64,000 nucleotides of DNA from contig JAFXIC010000046.1 in NCBI GenBank assembly GCA_017533485.1, positions 216 through 64,215 of the forward strand, written 5' to 3'. The notes under the pieces were generated by a model, which was not told the origin of the DNA, did not search any database, and saw only the letters and a list, made by a program, of their open reading frames with translations. Made by a program: the position numbers and the translations under genes. Source of the DNA: Oscillospiraceae bacterium. GTDB taxonomy: Bacteria; Bacillota; Clostridia; Oscillospirales; Ruminococcaceae. How positions within the stretch are numbered: the first letter of the stretch is position 1; each line of letters opens with the position of its first letter. Below, piece by piece: positions 62,621 through 64,000 of the stretch.

Positions 62621-63184
62621 TCAGCGTCTTTTGTTTTTTCCGAGTACACGCGGCAGGAATATTTTGCGAAGAAAGAATCCGAGCTTTCCGAGAACCGCGT
62701 CATACAGGAAAAAGACAGCGTTTGCAGCAATGGCGAGTGCGAGGAGCATCCATGCCTTGCTGTCCTCGAAGGTCGGAAGCCCCAGCACATAGACGGTGAT
62801 CCAGTAGTCCAGCACAAGGAAGCTGTTATAGAGCACAAGCCGCCAGAGAAAGCGGAAAAGTCCGGATTTTGCACGCATTCCATAAGGTCTCAGAATGGGG
62901 TAGTATCCGTAGAACAGGATAAACATCAGTGCGGCTTCCTTATCGAAGGTGACCACGAGTGACAGCAGGGAAACAGCGAGATAGGTAAGGAGTGCCCAGC
63001 CGACGGAGACCTCCTCGACCAGTATCATCAGCAGCATACCGGCAGCCATGGGTGCCGCGATATAGAGTGCAGGCATGATGCCTGTCAGAAACATTGTCAT
63101 CAGACAAAAAGCGGCAACGATGCCGCCGAGCGCAACCCGATAGCTTGTACGGATAGGAGGCGCATTGGAATTTCTGGATTTCAT
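62621..63184 (-). CDS. polytopic membrane protein (function unknown; first gene of the aspS2 operon)
   Basis: ORF trimmed to ATG 63184; about 5 TM segments; 187 aa. Confidence 0.55.
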   Translation of the reverse strand: MKSRNSNAPPIRTSYRVALGGIVAAFCLMTMFLTGIMPALYIAAPMAAGMLLMILVEEVSVGWALLTYLAVSLLSLVVTFDKEAALMFILFYGYYPILRPYGMRAKSGLFRFLWRLVLYNSFLVLDYWITVYVLGLPTFEDSKAWMLLALAIAANAVFFLYDAVLGKLGFFLRKIFLPRVLGKNKRR

Positions 63185-63314
63185 CGGTTGATACAAGGCC
63201 CCCTTGGCTTCGCAGCAGGATTCCGGAGTGAGGGAATGGGGAGACTTCGGCGGCAGAAAGCTTTGCTGCGGATGATTCGGAACTGCCGGAAAAGCGTTCG
63301 GCAATACATCTTAT

Positions 63315-63343
63315 ATTATACTGTTTTTTGTAGAATCTGTCAA
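63315..63343 (-). promoter_or_regulatory. consensus sigma-A promoter of membrane-protein/aspS2 operon
   Basis: Minus strand TTGACA (63343-63338), 17-nt spacer, TATAAT (63320-63315). Confidence 0.7.
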
Positions 63344-63476
63344 GAGGAAATCGGGCGCTTTGGGGGGAGCGGTGATGGATGACGAGGCGCTGCGGCGCTA
63401 TCTCCGTCACACAAACAGGAACGCATAGAAAATTTCGGGATTTCCTGTGCAAAACACACAAAGTTTGTCGGTGTGC

Positions 63477-63505
63477 TTGACATCTTTGCAAAAACGTGGT
63501 ATTCT
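63477..63505 (+). promoter_or_regulatory. sigma-A promoter of hrcA operon
   Basis: TTGACA (63477-63482), 17-nt spacer, TGG-TATTCT (63500-63505). Confidence 0.7.
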
Positions 63506-63509
63506 ATGT

Positions 63510-63536
63510 TTAGCACTCAAAGAGATTGAGTGCTAG
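63510..63536 (+). promoter_or_regulatory. CIRCE operator (HrcA binding site)
   Basis: TTAGCACTC-N9-GAGTGCTAG; matches the CIRCE consensus TTAGCACTC-N9-GAGTGCTAA at 17 of 18 positions. Confidence 0.92.
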
Positions 63537-63596
63537 CACATGAACCGCCGGTTTGCGACCGACAGATTCTCAAGGGGGAAAGGAGCGTGATGCGCA

Positions 63597-64000
63597 TTGG
63601 ACGACCGCAAGCTGAAAATACTTGCCGCTGTTGTGGATGCGTATGTGACAACGGGAGAACCGGTTGGCTCGAAAGCCATTGCTGCGCTTCCGGATATTCA
63701 CGTTTCTCCTGCGACAATCCGAAATGATATGGCGATGCTCGAACAGCTCGGACTGCTGGAGCAGCCGCACACCTCTGCCGGAAGAATCCCGACGTTTCAG
63801 GGCTATAAGCTCTATATTGAAAAATGTATGCCCGGCGCAAAGCTCAGCGAAGATGAACGCCGTCAGCTTGACGGGATGTTTTCGGAGGATGTGCCGCTGA
63901 CCGAGGAGCTGCTGATCCAGTCCGCCACGACCGCGCTTGCGGAAATCACGAAATGTGCCGCAGTCGCTGTGAATGCAATGCCGCAGTTCTCGGTGATTTC
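63597..64000 (+). CDS. hrcA: heat-inducible transcription repressor HrcA (5' part, runs off the window)
   Basis: TTG 63597 after GGAAAGGAG. Translation LDDRKLKILAAVVDAYVTTGEPVGSKAIA...VSPATIRNDMAMLEQLGLLEQPHTSAGRIPT. Not in the ORF track because it has no stop inside the window. Confidence 0.85.
   Translation, partial: MDDRKLKILAAVVDAYVTTGEPVGSKAIAALPDIHVSPATIRNDMAMLEQLGLLEQPHTSAGRIPTFQGYKLYIEKCMPGAKLSEDERRQLDGMFSEDVPLTEELLIQSATTALAEITKCAAVAVNAMPQFSVI

Noticed and set aside
62552-62962. 136-aa plus-strand ORF opposite the membrane-protein gene
   Set aside because: It overlaps the aspS2 upstream region and the membrane-protein gene in antisense. It has no RBS and no motif.

Overview
This 64-kb segment looks chromosomal and comes from a moderately GC-rich, cellulosome-producing Clostridia, probably a Ruminococcus-like member of Oscillospiraceae. 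That assignment is an inference from the Ruminococcus-style dockerin modules, the GGAGG-type RBSs and the sigma-A TTGACA/TATAAT promoters. I recognised no rRNA, tRNA, CRISPR array, transposase or integrase.

Gene content from left to right:
- A dockerin-bearing PL1 pectate lyase.
- A BspA-type LRR protein followed by addB-addA.
- Rubrerythrin.
- A T-box-controlled aspS.
- Two extracytoplasmic cyclophilins, then murA, an MBL-fold hydrolase and rlmH.
- A LacI-family regulator followed by a complete Gram-positive type IV pilus locus: pilC, a pilM-pilN fusion, a pilO-like gene, a 985-aa GspK/PilX-like protein, two minor pilins, a divergently oriented pilD, pilB, pilT and two tandem major pilins.
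- Two tandem dockerin-bearing GH5 cellulases directly abutting the pilus locus.
- An SseB-like protein.
- An orphan two-gene phage-like locus.
- A NuoE/NuoF/GltD-fusion operon of the Stn/Bfu electron-bifurcation type.
- A dockerin protein with a papain-like Cys/His signature.
- A PHP phosphoesterase.
- A roughly 660-nt ORF-poor interval bounded by a consensus promoter and a terminator (candidate large ncRNA).
- A DUF1292 gene.
- A compact PBSX-like phage head module with no sheath, tube, tape-measure, lysis, replication or integrase genes.
- A second aspS paralog operon.
- CIRCE-hrcA at the right edge.

The leads I rank highest:
1. The tail-less, apparently intact phage head module. It shares a 27-nt upstream element with the orphan phage-like locus 10 kb away, which suggests a split, co-regulated, domesticated phage-derived system.
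2. The candidate large structured RNA at about 48.8-49.5 kb on the minus strand.
3. The pilus-cellulase supercluster with its giant putative tip protein.

All functional calls rest on motifs I read by eye. No database search was run.
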